Source of the DNA: Candidatus Saccharimonadales bacterium
GTDB taxonomy: Bacteria > Patescibacteriota > Saccharimonadia > Saccharimonadales > DASZAF01
Direction of reading: 5' to 3'
Length of the DNA: 64,000 nucleotides
Assembly: GCA_035480055.1 (NCBI GenBank)
Contig: DATIIB010000003.1
Location: forward strand, 39,053 to 103,052
The notes under the pieces were generated by a model that was not told where the DNA came from, searched no databases, and saw only the letters and a program-made list of their open reading frames with translations. Below, one piece after another: positions 1-10,067 of this stretch (the first letter of the stretch is position 1; each line of letters starts with the position of its first letter). A program made the position numbers and the translations under genes.

Positions 1-1
1 A

Positions 2-361
2 ATTTTCCAATCGATCAGCCCGAGTAGCCACACCCGCGAGCAAGGCAAAACGCACCTCGCTGTAGCTGGCGATAATGTCTCGGGGCCAATTGGGATCTTT
101 GTATTGCTCAAAGAAGTCAGCGCCGACGGACTAGCGTTGGTGCTGTATCTTATCGGAGTTATTTCGCTCACCTTGGCGGTAATGAATGCCTTGCCGATTC
201 CAGCTTTGGACGGCGGTCGTTTGTTCATCACTCTGCTTTTCCGCATGCGTCACAAAGTGCTTACCAAAGACCGTGAAGAGCAGATTCATGGATATGGCTT
301 TGCGGCGTTGATGGTATTAATCCTGTTAATTACGATTGTCGATGTCAAAAGATTCTTCTAA
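2..361 (+). CDS. rseP: Site-2 (RIP) zinc metalloprotease, M50/RseP family, C-terminal fragment; 5' end upstream of window
   Basis: The frame is open from nt 2. The NALPIPALDGGR motif plus a terminal TM helix is typical of RseP/M50. Confidence 0.7.
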   Translation: MFQSISPSSHTREQGKTHLAVAGDNVSGPIGIFVLLKEVSADGLALVLYLIGVISLTLAVMNALPIPALDGGRLFITLLFRMRHKVLTKDREEQIHGYGFAALMVLILLITIVDVKRFF

Positions 362-1091
362 TCAGCCGCCAGCCAGCGCACATCCAGTTGAATCGCCCGA
401 ACCTCGCCAATGGGGTTTTTGGGCGATCATCCTGGGCATTCTGGCGTTCCTTGGGTCGCAAGTGGTTATTGGGGCAATCGCCTATGGCATTGCGGGTAAA
501 GAGCTTTCCACCAGCGCGCAATTTTATACCTACGGCGGTTCATCATTGCTGACTTTGGCGCTGCTGTCGCGAATCCTCCGTCGTTACCATGCCACGTTTC
601 GTGATTTGGGTTTGCGAGCGTTTAAGCCCAAGTTTATCGGGTACGCCGCTGTGGCTTTGCCGGTGTATATCGTGCTTTCGGGCCTTACCACAAAGCTGGC
701 GACCTCGGTGCAGCCGCATTTTAACCTCGACCAAAAGCAAGATCTTGGATTCACGGGAGCTCATAGCATTCCAGAGCTTGTGATGGTGTTTGCGTCATTG
801 GTATTGCTGCCGCCCTTGCTCGAGGAATTATTGTTCCGCGGCTTTATCTTTAAAGGTGCGTTAAAGCATTTTCATCCAATTGTGGCTGCGCTGTTCACGA
901 GCGTGCTTTTTGGCGCCGCACATGGGCAGTGGAATGTGGGGCTTGATACTTTTTCGTTAAGCCTCGTCCTCTGTTTTTTGGCCTATAAAACCAAAAGTCT
1001 CTGGCCGGGTATTGTGCTGCATGCATCCAAAAACTGCATTGCTTTCTTCTATGTATTTATTGTTCCTCTGGTGCATTCAGGACATTTTTAG
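336..1091 (+). CDS. CPBP (CAAX/Abi) family intramembrane glutamic endopeptidase
   Basis: Multi-TM protein with EELLFRG and FGAAH motifs characteristic of the CPBP family. It overlaps the upstream gene by 26 nt. Confidence 0.7.
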   Translation: MSMSKDSSNQPPASAHPVESPEPRQWGFWAIILGILAFLGSQVVIGAIAYGIAGKELSTSAQFYTYGGSSLLTLALLSRILRRYHATFRDLGLRAFKPKFIGYAAVALPVYIVLSGLTTKLATSVQPHFNLDQKQDLGFTGAHSIPELVMVFASLVLLPPLLEELLFRGFIFKGALKHFHPIVAALFTSVLFGAAHGQWNVGLDTFSLSLVLCFLAYKTKSLWPGIVLHASKNCIAFFYVFIVPLVHSGHF

Positions 1092-1235
1092 TATTATAAA
1101 GGCGTTTATGGTAGCTCTTCAATTGCTCAACTATCGATTCCATGCTGGCATTATGCCTCTCCCGGCCCCGCGGCCGTAATTCCTTTTGACCTAGTTTTTT
1201 GAGCATTAATATTTTAGAAAGAGAGACTCACCATC

Positions 1236-2948
1236 ATGAGATCGTCACAATTATTTGGCAAAACATCCAAGAGCGAAGGGCTTGATTACAAGATTGCCTC
1301 GCACCGCTTGCTCACTCAAGCTGGATATATCCGCGAATCAACCGCCGGCCGGCTTTTCTTTTTGCCACTTGGCCAGCGTGTCCAAAACAAAATTATCGAT
1401 GTGGTGCGCAAGCATATGGAGGGTATTGGCGCACAGGAAGTGCTGATGCCAACCTTGCATCCTTTGGAGCTCTGGCAAGAGACCAACCGTACGACCACAG
1501 TTAGCTTTGAGCTAATGACCATTAAAGACCGCCGCGATGCCGAATTTGCGCTTGGCGGCACGGCCGAGGAAATGGCTGTTGATCTGGTGCGCAAATTCAA
1601 TGTCAGCTACAAGGATCTTCCGTTTAGTATTTACCAGTTCAGCATGAAGTTCCGCGACGAAATGCGGGCTCGTGGTGGTTTGTTGCGCGTCCGCGAATTC
1701 ATTATGAAAGACGCCTACAGCTTTGGCACCGAGGCGCAGTTCAAAAAAACGTACCAACAATATTGGGACGCCTACGCGGCCGCGTTTACCGAGCTTGGCC
1801 TCAAAACCGATGTGGTCGCTGCCGACAATGGCTACATTGGCGGCGAATACTGCCACGAATTTGTTAGCGAAAGCGACGCAGGTGAGAGCCGCTACTTTAT
1901 CGATGAAACAAGTGGCTATGCCGCGCACGAAGATGTAGCTACCTTTCAGGTTGATGAGAAGAACCTCGACGAAGAGCTCCAAGAGTTGAAACCGGTCGAA
2001 GCGGTTCGCGGCACTACCATGGAAGATGGCGTGAAGCTCCACAATATGCCACTGTGGCAGCAGATTAAAGATGTACTGTACTTTGATGAGGCGACGAAAC
2101 GCTATATCTTGGCTATTATCCGCGGTGATTTTGATGTTAACGAAACCAAACTCATGCAGGCTGCAGGCGCATGGGAACTACGTTCAGCTACCGAGGAAGA
2201 AATTCGTGACGACCTCGGGAGTGAACCAGGCTTTATCTCGCCTGTTGATTTTGCCAAACAAGGCAAAAACAGCGGGCATACAGTAGTCATTGTGGCAGAC
2301 AAAAGCCTCCGGACTGTCAGAAACGCCTATGGTGGGGCGAACCGCAAACACCAAGATCTCCTGAGCATTAACATCGACCGCGATTATGTTCCTGACATCG
2401 AAGCAGACATCGCGCTTGCGCAGCCAGGTATGAAAAGCCTCAAGGGTGGCGAACTGATTGAGAAGAAGGGGATTGAAGTTGGGAATATCTTCCAACTTGG
2501 CTATCACTACACCAATCTGATGAAGGACGCTGAGTACACCGACGATGCGGGCACGCGTCAAAAATATTATATGGGTTGTTATGGCATTGGCATTGGCCGC
2601 ACTATGGCTGCTATTGTGGACGCGCATCACGACGAAAAAGGTATTATTTGGCCAGATGCAATTGCCCCTTACCGCGTGTATCTTGCTCGGCTAGGGGGCG
2701 ACGAAGCAGTGGTCCAAGCTGCAGACGAGCTCTACCAAAAACTCCAGGCAGCGCACATTGACACTCTCTACGACGATCGCGACATCTCTGCAGGCCAAAA
2801 GTTTGCAGACGCAGACCTTACCGGAATCCCTCATCGCGTCGTAGTGAGCGCCCGAACTTTAAAAGAAAATGCTATTGAATATAAGCAACGTGACAAGGAC
2901 GCTGCAGAAGTAATTTCTCTCGACGAGCTCTTGGCAAGTCGGTTGTAA
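1236..2948 (+). CDS. proS: Prolyl-tRNA synthetase (bacterial type with insertion/editing domain)
   Basis: 570 aa with class II aaRS motifs, a central insertion domain and a C-terminal anticodon-binding region. The N-terminus RSSQLFGKT..SHRLL.QAGYIR is typical of ProRS. Confidence 0.9.
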   Translation: MRSSQLFGKTSKSEGLDYKIASHRLLTQAGYIRESTAGRLFFLPLGQRVQNKIIDVVRKHMEGIGAQEVLMPTLHPLELWQETNRTTTVSFELMTIKDRRDAEFALGGTAEEMAVDLVRKFNVSYKDLPFSIYQFSMKFRDEMRARGGLLRVREFIMKDAYSFGTEAQFKKTYQQYWDAYAAAFTELGLKTDVVAADNGYIGGEYCHEFVSESDAGESRYFIDETSGYAAHEDVATFQVDEKNLDEELQELKPVEAVRGTTMEDGVKLHNMPLWQQIKDVLYFDEATKRYILAIIRGDFDVNETKLMQAAGAWELRSATEEEIRDDLGSEPGFISPVDFAKQGKNSGHTVVIVADKSLRTVRNAYGGANRKHQDLLSINIDRDYVPDIEADIALAQPGMKSLKGGELIEKKGIEVGNIFQLGYHYTNLMKDAEYTDDAGTRQKYYMGCYGIGIGRTMAAIVDAHHDEKGIIWPDAIAPYRVYLARLGGDEAVVQAADELYQKLQAAHIDTLYDDRDISAGQKFADADLTGIPHRVVVSARTLKENAIEYKQRDKDAAEVISLDELLASRL

Positions 2949-2973
2949 TACGCTTTAATAATCAGTTTGCCCA

Positions 2974-2982
2974 TGGTATAAT
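2974..2982 (+). promoter_or_regulatory. Extended -10 (TGGTATAAT) of the greA promoter; predicts a ~88-nt leader
   Basis: Consensus TGnTATAAT; the greA ATG lies 95 nt downstream with its own SD. Confidence 0.5.
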
Positions 2983-3076
2983 GTGGGCACCAGCTATATG
3001 TGGAGGGAAGCTCGGTGTCTGTATTATGCCAATCAGACTCCGGGCTATTTCAAGTGAATGCAGTAAAGGACTTATT

Positions 3077-3535
3077 ATGAAAAAAGACTACCAATTGACC
3101 AAAGAGGGTCGTACAGAATTAGAGAAAGAGTTAGAAGCCTTAAAATCGCGCCGCAGCGAGATCGCTGAAAAGATTAAAGCCGCCCGCGATTTTGGCGACT
3201 TGAGCGAGAACGCTGAATACGACGCTGCTCGTGACGAACAGGCACAGGTGGAAAGCCGTATCTCAGAAATCGAAGAGATCTTGCAGAACTCATCGCTTAT
3301 TGTGGGCACAAATGGCGATGGCACGATTGCTCTTGGCAGCAAAGTGACATTGGAATCCGAACGTGGTGTGGTTGAATACACCCTGGTGAGCTCTGTCGAG
3401 GCTGATCCAGCTGAAAAGAAAATCTCAGATGAATCACCAATCGGCCAGGCTCTGGTAGGCAAGAAACAAGGCGACGAAGTAGAGATTGCGACTCCCTCTG
3501 GGAGCGTTACCTTCAAGATTAAAAAGGTACAGTAG
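3077..3535 (+). CDS. greA: Transcription elongation factor GreA
   Basis: 152 aa with an N-terminal coiled coil (LTKEGRTELEKELEALK) and a C-terminal GreA/B domain. An AAAGGA SD lies 7 nt upstream. The ORF-track start at 2981 lies inside the -10 box and is rejected. Confidence 0.9.
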   Translation: MKKDYQLTKEGRTELEKELEALKSRRSEIAEKIKAARDFGDLSENAEYDAARDEQAQVESRISEIEEILQNSSLIVGTNGDGTIALGSKVTLESERGVVEYTLVSSVEADPAEKKISDESPIGQALVGKKQGDEVEIATPSGSVTFKIKKVQ

Positions 3536-3569
3536 TCCGCTCGTACCGTCACTTGATCTCAGCCAAACG

Positions 3570-3610
3570 ACCACCGTCTAAAATTTGAAGGGCGGTGGTT
3601 TCGCTTTCAG
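3570..3610 (+). terminator. Putative intrinsic terminator after greA
   Basis: Stem ACCACCG (3570-76)/CGGTGGT (3593-99) followed by TTTCGCTTTC. The loop is long and the U-tract interrupted. Confidence 0.4.
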
Positions 3611-3618
3611 GGGTGACC

Positions 3619-3627
3619 TGGTACAAT
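3619..3627 (+). promoter_or_regulatory. Extended -10 (TGGTACAAT) upstream of lysS
   Basis: 11 nt between the hexamer and ATG 3639. Confidence 0.5.
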
Positions 3628-3638
3628 AAAAAGCAATT

Positions 3639-5162
3639 ATGGCAACACTCAAAGAACTTCGCGACGAGCGACTTCGAAAGCTCGAAGAACTCAAAACTCT
3701 CGGTATTAATCCATATCCAGCTGAAAGTAATCGCACGCATGTACTGCGGGTGATTCACGACGATTTTGCGCAGCTAGAAGGCTTGGAAGTGAGCGTGACC
3801 GGGCGGATTACTAATATCCGTAAATTTGGCAAAATCGCTTTTGTGGTTATTAAAGACGCAAGCGGCACGCTGCAGCTTTTTTTGGGCGCTGACAAAATGG
3901 AACCACTGCAGGCGATGGATAGCCAAGTGGGATTCGATCAACTTCCACTCCTGGACAGCGGCGATTTTATCGAAGCACATGGGAAGGTTATCAAAACCAA
4001 GACTGACGAAATTTCAGTAGAAGTGGACAAAATCCGCTTGCTGTCCAAGAGCCTGCGACCGCTGCCAGCTTCGCACTCTGGTCTGACGAACAAAGAAGAG
4101 CGCTTACGCCGCCGTTATGTTGATACCAACATCAATCCAGATGTCTATCAGCGGTATATCCGTCGCAGCATGTTTTGGCAGGCCACACGCCACTTTTTGC
4201 TCGATAAAGATTTTATTGAGATTAATATTCCGGTACTCGAAAACACCACTGGTGGCGCAGATGCCACTCCATTTGTGACGCATATGGATGCGCTTGATCA
4301 AGATTTTTACTTGCGCATTAGCCACGAGCTCCCACTCAAACGCCTGCTGGTCGGTGGCTACGAAAAAGTTTTTGATATTGGTCCGCGCTTCCGCAACGAA
4401 AATTATTCCGACGAGCACCTTCCTGAGCATGTGGCCATGGAGTGGTATTGGGCCTATGCCGACTGGGAAATGGGCATGAAGCTCACCGAAGAAATGACTC
4501 GCTATGTGGCGGACAAAACGTGGGGCACGCGCCAATTTAAATTGCTCAATGGTCACGAGATAGACCTTGGCGCCGATGGCCAGGATTGGCCTCGTGTCAG
4601 TTTTGTAGAAGTGATCCGCGAGCACTATGGCATCGATGTATTTAACTGCACGCTCGAAGAAGTGCAAACCAAATTGAAAGAAAATAATCTGGAAGTAGAG
4701 AAGCAGGACAATAAAGCCCGCGGTATCGATAAATTGTGGAAGAAAATTCGGGTGACATTGCCTGGCCCTGCATTCTTAGTGGACATGCCGACCTTTTTGC
4801 AGCCCTTGGCCAAGACTCAGCCCGGTCATCCTGAGCTTACTGAGCAATTTAATATGATTTTGGGCGGCACCGAGGCCTGTAAGGCCTATTCGGAACTGAA
4901 TGATCCCATTGACCAACTACGCCGTTTTAAAGAGCAGCAGGCCATGCGAGACGCCGGCGATGACGAAGCACAGATGCTGGATATCGATTACGTGGAAGCT
5001 TTGGAATACGCGATGCCCCCAGCCTGTGGGTTTGGCTGGAGCGAACGACTTTTTTGGATGTGCGAAGGTGTCACCGCTCGCGAAGGTGTGGTCTTTCCGC
5101 AACTCAGACGCGATATCGACGAAGTAACCAAAGGAATCTATGGACCAGACATCCTCGGGTGA
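3639..5162 (+). CDS. lysS: Lysyl-tRNA synthetase, class II
   Basis: 507 aa with an N-terminal OB anticodon-binding domain and a class II core (FRNE, GGxxAxPF-like motifs). Confidence 0.9.
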   Translation: MATLKELRDERLRKLEELKTLGINPYPAESNRTHVLRVIHDDFAQLEGLEVSVTGRITNIRKFGKIAFVVIKDASGTLQLFLGADKMEPLQAMDSQVGFDQLPLLDSGDFIEAHGKVIKTKTDEISVEVDKIRLLSKSLRPLPASHSGLTNKEERLRRRYVDTNINPDVYQRYIRRSMFWQATRHFLLDKDFIEINIPVLENTTGGADATPFVTHMDALDQDFYLRISHELPLKRLLVGGYEKVFDIGPRFRNENYSDEHLPEHVAMEWYWAYADWEMGMKLTEEMTRYVADKTWGTRQFKLLNGHEIDLGADGQDWPRVSFVEVIREHYGIDVFNCTLEEVQTKLKENNLEVEKQDNKARGIDKLWKKIRVTLPGPAFLVDMPTFLQPLAKTQPGHPELTEQFNMILGGTEACKAYSELNDPIDQLRRFKEQQAMRDAGDDEAQMLDIDYVEALEYAMPPACGFGWSERLFWMCEGVTAREGVVFPQLRRDIDEVTKGIYGPDILG

Positions 5163-5598
5163 GGCCAGTCCAGTCTTCGTTGCCCTCGCCACAGTCTATC
5201 GCCGGAAAGACAACCGGTTCGAATTCTTGGTGATTAAGCGTGTGCCTGATGATGGCGGCTTTTGGCAGCCGATTACCGGCGGCATTGACGCAGGTGAGAC
5301 GCCGCGCGAAACCGTCATTCGCGAAATCGCCGAAGAAGTAGGAATTAGCGAGTTGCTGCATGTCAGCGAAGAATTAGCGCGTCATGAGTTTGAGCTCGAT
5401 GACGGCCGGCGAGCAAGCGATATCCTGCACGCGGTGGAAGTGCCTGTGCACGCTGAAGTCGTACTGAGCCACGAACACGAGGACCATCATTGGCTGCCAC
5501 TTGAGGATGCCATTGCCTTACTCAAATTTGATACCAATAAAGCGGCTATGCGACTTGCGCTCCAATATGCGCAGGCAAATCTCCCGCCCGAGGCTTGA
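5140..5598 (+). CDS. NUDIX hydrolase
   Basis: Contains the Nudix box GGIDAGETPRETVIREIAEEVG. It overlaps the lysS end by 23 nt. Confidence 0.8.
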   Translation: MDQTSSGEASPVFVALATVYRRKDNRFEFLVIKRVPDDGGFWQPITGGIDAGETPRETVIREIAEEVGISELLHVSEELARHEFELDDGRRASDILHAVEVPVHAEVVLSHEHEDHHWLPLEDAIALLKFDTNKAAMRLALQYAQANLPPEA

Positions 5599-5678
5599 CC
5601 AATTTGTTTGCGGGCTGCTATGATCTCCTCACCATGACACATATGTCTCAGAACTCCTGGCAATGGCCGCAACTTACT

Positions 5679-5706
5679 CACTCGTGGCGAGTGTAGCTTT
5701 TTGTTT
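5679..5706 (+). terminator. Putative intrinsic terminator after the NUDIX gene
   Basis: Stem CACTCG/CGAGTG with a 3-nt loop, followed by TAGCTTTTTGTTT. Confidence 0.45.
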
Positions 5707-5721
5707 ACGTAAAAATATGAG

Positions 5722-5744
5722 TCGCCACAAATGTGGTGATTTTT
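5722..5744 (+). terminator. Second terminator-like hairpin (or 5' stem-loop/attenuator) just upstream of the 5762 gene SD
   Basis: Stem TCGCCAC/GTGGTGA followed by TTTTT, 6 nt before AAGGAG. Confidence 0.35.
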
Positions 5745-5761
5745 AGTTGTAAGGAGTTTTT

Positions 5762-6475
5762 ATGAAACCAACACCCCGAATTTTAATTGTGGGCGCCCAG
5801 CATGGCACCGAACGCCTTGGTCCTCGTGTGTATCGCTTTATTCAGCGCCATCATCCCGAGAAACTTGCCTACATCGATTACCTTTGTGGTAACCCCAAAG
5901 CAGAACGGCAGCACCTTCGTTTCGTAGAAACCGATCTTAACCGCAGCTACGATGCGACTATTCCACGCAGTTACGAGGAGAAACGGGCACAAAAAATACT
6001 AGAGCGTATTTCTGCCGGTACGTATGACTATGTGCTGGATATTCACACCTCTTTTACCGACGTTGATCGGTTTTTGATTACCGCGCGCATGGACAAGACA
6101 ATACAGGAGATTATTAGTGCCTCGCCTTTTTCCAGGGTAGTGGTGATGCCGCCGCATATCGCGAGCAGTGCGCTTATTGGCCACGTGCCGCAGGCGGTCT
6201 CGATTGAATATAACAATGTGCTTGCCAGGAGCCACCAAGCCTTGCAGGAGGTATTGCTTTTGCTGGACAACCTCATACAACGCCAATTCATGCCGCAATT
6301 CCGCGACATATTTTATGTTGAAGACAAGATTCCTTTAGATAGCGACTTTGATATAGACAGCCCTAATTTCCAGCTGTGTCCGCAGGGTTTTTACCCTGTA
6401 ATTGCTGGGCGAGGCGTGACCTACACGCACTACAAAGGCTTTGCGGCGCGAACTAAAGAAGCTGTCGTGATGTAG
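5762..6475 (+). CDS. Succinylglutamate desuccinylase/aspartoacylase (AstE/AspA) family zinc hydrolase
   Basis: GAQHGTERLG ... TDLNRSY ... LDIHTS pattern is typical of the AstE_AspA family. An AAGGAG SD lies upstream. Confidence 0.55.
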   Translation: MKPTPRILIVGAQHGTERLGPRVYRFIQRHHPEKLAYIDYLCGNPKAERQHLRFVETDLNRSYDATIPRSYEEKRAQKILERISAGTYDYVLDIHTSFTDVDRFLITARMDKTIQEIISASPFSRVVVMPPHIASSALIGHVPQAVSIEYNNVLARSHQALQEVLLLLDNLIQRQFMPQFRDIFYVEDKIPLDSDFDIDSPNFQLCPQGFYPVIAGRGVTYTHYKGFAARTKEAVVM

Positions 6476-6591
6476 AGCGAAACAGAGGAGTCCTCCTCAG
6501 GCTTATCCCAGGCTCCTCGGCTTTTATAGGGGTGCGCTACGAAGCGTCTGTTGTTTTTTCATGATGTGGAAAACTTCGGTCGCTAATGGCG

Positions 6592-6620
6592 TTTACGCTT
6601 AGGTACTTTGCCACTATACT
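6592..6620 (+). promoter_or_regulatory. Promoter-like TTTACG-17 nt-TATACT upstream of the LCP gene
   Basis: -35/-10 hexamers with a 17-nt spacer. Confidence 0.45.
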
Positions 6621-6669
6621 AGGTACTTGAAGCGAAAAACAGCAAACCATAGCTAAATGCTAGGAATAA

Positions 6670-8271
6670 TTGATTTTGAGAAGTTTAGACGGATTCAACC
6701 GCCAAGATCGCATTCCCCGTCGTCCTCGGAAAGATGGGGGAACGGGTGCGCATCCTGGCTTTCAACTACCACAGCCGGTTGCCAAAGGCTCGCCTGCGAG
6801 TAACGCGGGCATTTCGCAGAATAAGGCCATCGACCTTGGGACTATTTCTCCTGACCTTGATATTGAGGAGCCGTCACGAAGCAAAAAACGCCGTCGAGGC
6901 CTTTTTGGACGCCGCCGCAAAGAAGGCAAAAAGCGCTGGAGCCGTCGCAAGAAGATTATTGTTAGTATTATTAGTGTTTTCCTGCTGGTCGGAGCTGCAA
7001 TTGGCGGCTACATGGGCTGGAAAGTGTTGCATTCTACGGCGCAGGTCTTTAAAGGGAATCCTTTTACAGCAGTTTTTAGCAATACTCCCCTCAAGACCGA
7101 TCAGTACGGACGGAGTAACATCTTGTTGTTTGGTACCTCCGAAGATGACCCTGGCCACCCTGGCGGCGACCTCACCGACTCTATTATGGTGATCAGTGTT
7201 GACCAAAAGCAGCACAACGCCTTTATTATGAGTGTCCCGCGCGATCTATGGGTGAAGTTTGATAAGACATGTGCCAGTGGTTATGCTGGCAAAATCAACG
7301 AAGTCTATCTGTGCGGCAAAACTGGCGGCGATGAAACTTCTGGCCAAGAGGCGCTGCGTTCCAAGGTGGGCGAAGTATTTGGCATGGATCTGCAATATGC
7401 TGTACATGTAAATTACGAAGTGCTTCGCAATTCAGTGGACGCGCTTGGCGGTGTAGACATCACCATTAATAGCGGCGATCCTCGAGGAATTCTTGATCGC
7501 AACTTTGACTGGCGCTGTAACTACAAGTGTTACCTGGTGAAATGGCCCAACGGTCCTGTTCACTTGGATGGCGAACATGCGCTCTACTTGTCGCAAGCTC
7601 GTAACGACGCCGGCGGCTACGGATTGCCTCGAGGTAACTTTGACCGTGAAGCCAACCAACGTAAGATTATGCTCGCCGCTAAAGACAAGGCAGCGTCTGT
7701 GGGCTTCCTGGCGAACCCAATCAAGGTGACTAAACTGATTGACTCACTTGGCCAGAATGTGCGCACCAACTTCCAAGCAGCAGAAATCAAAACATTGATT
7801 GACATTGCAAAGAACACCGATTCTAAGAGTATTCAATCGATCAGTCTCGTTGACCAAGTGCCGGCGCTGTTTACCACTGGCGCTGCACCAACTGGCGCGA
7901 GCATTGTGCGCCCAGCAACCAGCGGTCTGTATGACTATAGCGGTCTGTCTGCCTTTACCAAGGCGTATCTCTCGGGCAATGGCGCGCTCATCCAAGAAAA
8001 CGCTCAGGTTGATGTCTTGAACGGCACAAGCACGCCAGGCCTGGCTCAGACCAAGGCCGACGCCTTAGCCCAAGAGGGAATTAAGATCGGCGCAGTGAGC
8101 AATGTTCCGGACGGCACTTACAATAGCGTAAAACTCTATGACCTCAGTAAGGGCGCAAAGCCAGCGACCAAGAAAAAGCTGGAGCAGGTCCTTGGTATCA
8201 CCACTACCACCGAGCCTTTGCCAAGCACGGTCAAAAGTACTGCATCATTTGTAGTGATTGTCGGCCAGTAG
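6670..8271 (+). CDS. LytR-CpsA-Psr (LCP) family cell-wall glycopolymer transferase with LytR_C domain
   Basis: Basic cytoplasmic N-terminus, one TM, and an LCP core (NILLFGTSEDD...DSIMVISVD...SVPRDLWV). The C-terminal segment VDVLNGT..GLA is like LytR_C. Non-ATG start; exact start uncertain. Confidence 0.8.
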   Translation: MILRSLDGFNRQDRIPRRPRKDGGTGAHPGFQLPQPVAKGSPASNAGISQNKAIDLGTISPDLDIEEPSRSKKRRRGLFGRRRKEGKKRWSRRKKIIVSIISVFLLVGAAIGGYMGWKVLHSTAQVFKGNPFTAVFSNTPLKTDQYGRSNILLFGTSEDDPGHPGGDLTDSIMVISVDQKQHNAFIMSVPRDLWVKFDKTCASGYAGKINEVYLCGKTGGDETSGQEALRSKVGEVFGMDLQYAVHVNYEVLRNSVDALGGVDITINSGDPRGILDRNFDWRCNYKCYLVKWPNGPVHLDGEHALYLSQARNDAGGYGLPRGNFDREANQRKIMLAAKDKAASVGFLANPIKVTKLIDSLGQNVRTNFQAAEIKTLIDIAKNTDSKSIQSISLVDQVPALFTTGAAPTGASIVRPATSGLYDYSGLSAFTKAYLSGNGALIQENAQVDVLNGTSTPGLAQTKADALAQEGIKIGAVSNVPDGTYNSVKLYDLSKGAKPATKKKLEQVLGITTTTEPLPSTVKSTASFVVIVGQ

Positions 8272-8274
8272 CCG

Positions 8275-8280
8275 TATACT
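8275..8280 (+). promoter_or_regulatory. -10-like TATACT, 6 nt from the DUF2207 ATG
   Basis: TATACT at 8275-80; ATG at 8287. Confidence 0.35.
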
Positions 8281-8286
8281 AAGGAC

Positions 8287-10065
8287 ATGAAGCGGAAGAT
8301 AAGCTTGCTTGGCGCGATTGCCGCGCTGCTCATGCCGATATGGCTCATTCAGGCAAAGCCTGCTCACGCTAGCGCCAACGATTTTACTGTTAGTTCGTTC
8401 ACCGCAGACTATTACCTTGGTCGCGATAGCAATCAAGCCTCGCAGATGAAGGTTGATGAAAAAATCGTAGCCGAGTTTCCGAATTTTGACCAAAATCATG
8501 GTATCCTCCGAGCGATTCCTCAGACTTACAAAGGCCATTCGCTGCATTTGGCAATCCAAAAAGTGACCGACGGCAACGGTGCGTTGCTCCATTACAGCAG
8601 CTCGACCGCTAATGGTAATCTGGTGCTCAAAATTGGAGACGCCAAAACCTACGTGCACGGCACCCAAGCATATGACATTGTGTACACACTTCATGATGTG
8701 ACCACCGCGTATAGCGATCACGACGAACTCTATTGGGACGTCAATGGCGATCAATGGCCGCAAACCTTTGGCTCAGTCGTCGCTCACGTCCATATACCGA
8801 CCGACTTAGCGGATCGCTGGCAATCTGGTGGCCGTTGTTTTGTTGGTCAATACGGCGTAGCGGCCGAGCAGTGTCAGATGACTAGCTCGACCGAGGCCGG
8901 CGGAAAGGTCGAGACGATCACAAGCTCGCGACCTTTGCAGTCGCACGAAACGCTCACGTACGTCATGGGGTTTTCTCAAGCTACGTTCGGTACGTATCAT
9001 CGATCTACGAGTGAGATCGTCCGAGATATAGCGCTTGTGGTCGGGTTTGGCGTACTGCCGCCGCTGGTGGCAACCGGGGTGATGTTTACTCGGTGGCGCC
9101 GTCAGGGCAAAGACCCCAAAGGGCGCGGAACCATTGTGCCCGAGTACCTGCCGCCCACGGCAACCAGCGTGCTGGGCAGTGGGGTAGTGCTCAAAGAAAA
9201 ATTATTGCCAGCGGCAATCACCGCCCAGGTTATTGATCTTGCGGTGCGACATTATCTCAAGATTTATGAAGTCACAGTGGATCGTAAGATTCGTGCGGAC
9301 TACACGCAGTATGAGATCGAGCTGGTCCGTTCGCCGCAAGACTTGCGGACAGAAGAGCTCGAGGTGGTACATATACTGTTTGGCGATCACCCCAGCGTCG
9401 GCGCGCGCGTCCAACTCGAAAAGCTCAAAGCCAGCTTGTCCACAAAGGTACGTGCTTTAGGCAAAATGGTGAGTGCACGCGTTGCAGCCGAAGGGCTGTT
9501 TAAAGGCGACCCAGCTCGTGCCGCGCGTCCTTACACGACCGTAGGATCTGTGCTTATTGTGGCTGGTTTTTTTGTGCTGCCGTATTCGCTTGGTTTGGTT
9601 TTGGCAGGAGTGATTGTACTCGCTTTTGGCCATGCCATGCCAGTGCGTACACCCAAAGGCGTAACCCTCCGCGAGTATCTCTTGGGTCTTAAAATGTATA
9701 TGCAAGTTGCAGAGGCTGAACGAATCAAGATTTTGCAAAGCCCTCACGGCGAGCTCACCGAGAAGATCGATGTGAGTGACAAAACGCAATTGGTCAAACT
9801 GTACGAAAGGTTACTGCCATACGCAATGCTGTTTGGCATTGAACAAGACTGGGCCAAGGAATTCGCGTCATTGTATGAATCGCCACCAGATTGGTATGTG
9901 GGATCTTCCACCTTTAATGCCGTCTGGTTTGCCACAAGCCTGACCAGCTTTAGCGCGAGCAGTGCCAAAAGCTTTATGCCACCAAGTAGTTCGGGCGGAA
10001 GTGGTCTGGGTGGTGGTGGCTTCGCCGGCGGAGGCGGAGGCGGTGGTGGCGGCGGAGGCTGGTAG
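8287..10065 (+). CDS. DUF2207 family membrane protein with Gly-rich C-terminal tail
   Basis: Signal peptide, large extracytoplasmic N-domain, several TM helices and a terminal GGGGFAGGGGGGGGGGGW tail typical of DUF2207. Confidence 0.65.
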   Translation: MKRKISLLGAIAALLMPIWLIQAKPAHASANDFTVSSFTADYYLGRDSNQASQMKVDEKIVAEFPNFDQNHGILRAIPQTYKGHSLHLAIQKVTDGNGALLHYSSSTANGNLVLKIGDAKTYVHGTQAYDIVYTLHDVTTAYSDHDELYWDVNGDQWPQTFGSVVAHVHIPTDLADRWQSGGRCFVGQYGVAAEQCQMTSSTEAGGKVETITSSRPLQSHETLTYVMGFSQATFGTYHRSTSEIVRDIALVVGFGVLPPLVATGVMFTRWRRQGKDPKGRGTIVPEYLPPTATSVLGSGVVLKEKLLPAAITAQVIDLAVRHYLKIYEVTVDRKIRADYTQYEIELVRSPQDLRTEELEVVHILFGDHPSVGARVQLEKLKASLSTKVRALGKMVSARVAAEGLFKGDPARAARPYTTVGSVLIVAGFFVLPYSLGLVLAGVIVLAFGHAMPVRTPKGVTLREYLLGLKMYMQVAEAERIKILQSPHGELTEKIDVSDKTQLVKLYERLLPYAMLFGIEQDWAKEFASLYESPPDWYVGSSTFNAVWFATSLTSFSASSAKSFMPPSSSGGSGLGGGGFAGGGGGGGGGGGW

Positions 10066-10067
10066 CC

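Noticed and set aside
2981-3076. 32-codon N-terminal extension of greA, and likewise the 50-codon extension of gdh at 11760-11909
   Set aside because: The extensions start inside or upstream of the promoter -10 boxes and add non-conserved sequence ahead of canonical GreA and GDH N-termini.
5205-5230. GGTTCGAAT T-loop-like sequence, considered as part of a tRNA
   Set aside because: It lies inside the NUDIX coding frame, with no complementary T-stem, acceptor stem or anticodon arm around it.
9985-10062. Poly-glycine-coding GGC/GGT/GGA run at the end of the DUF2207 gene, considered as a simple-sequence repeat or contingency locus
   Set aside because: It is in frame and typical of the Gly-rich C-terminal tail of DUF2207 proteins. 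It is not a pure tandem repeat at the nucleotide level.
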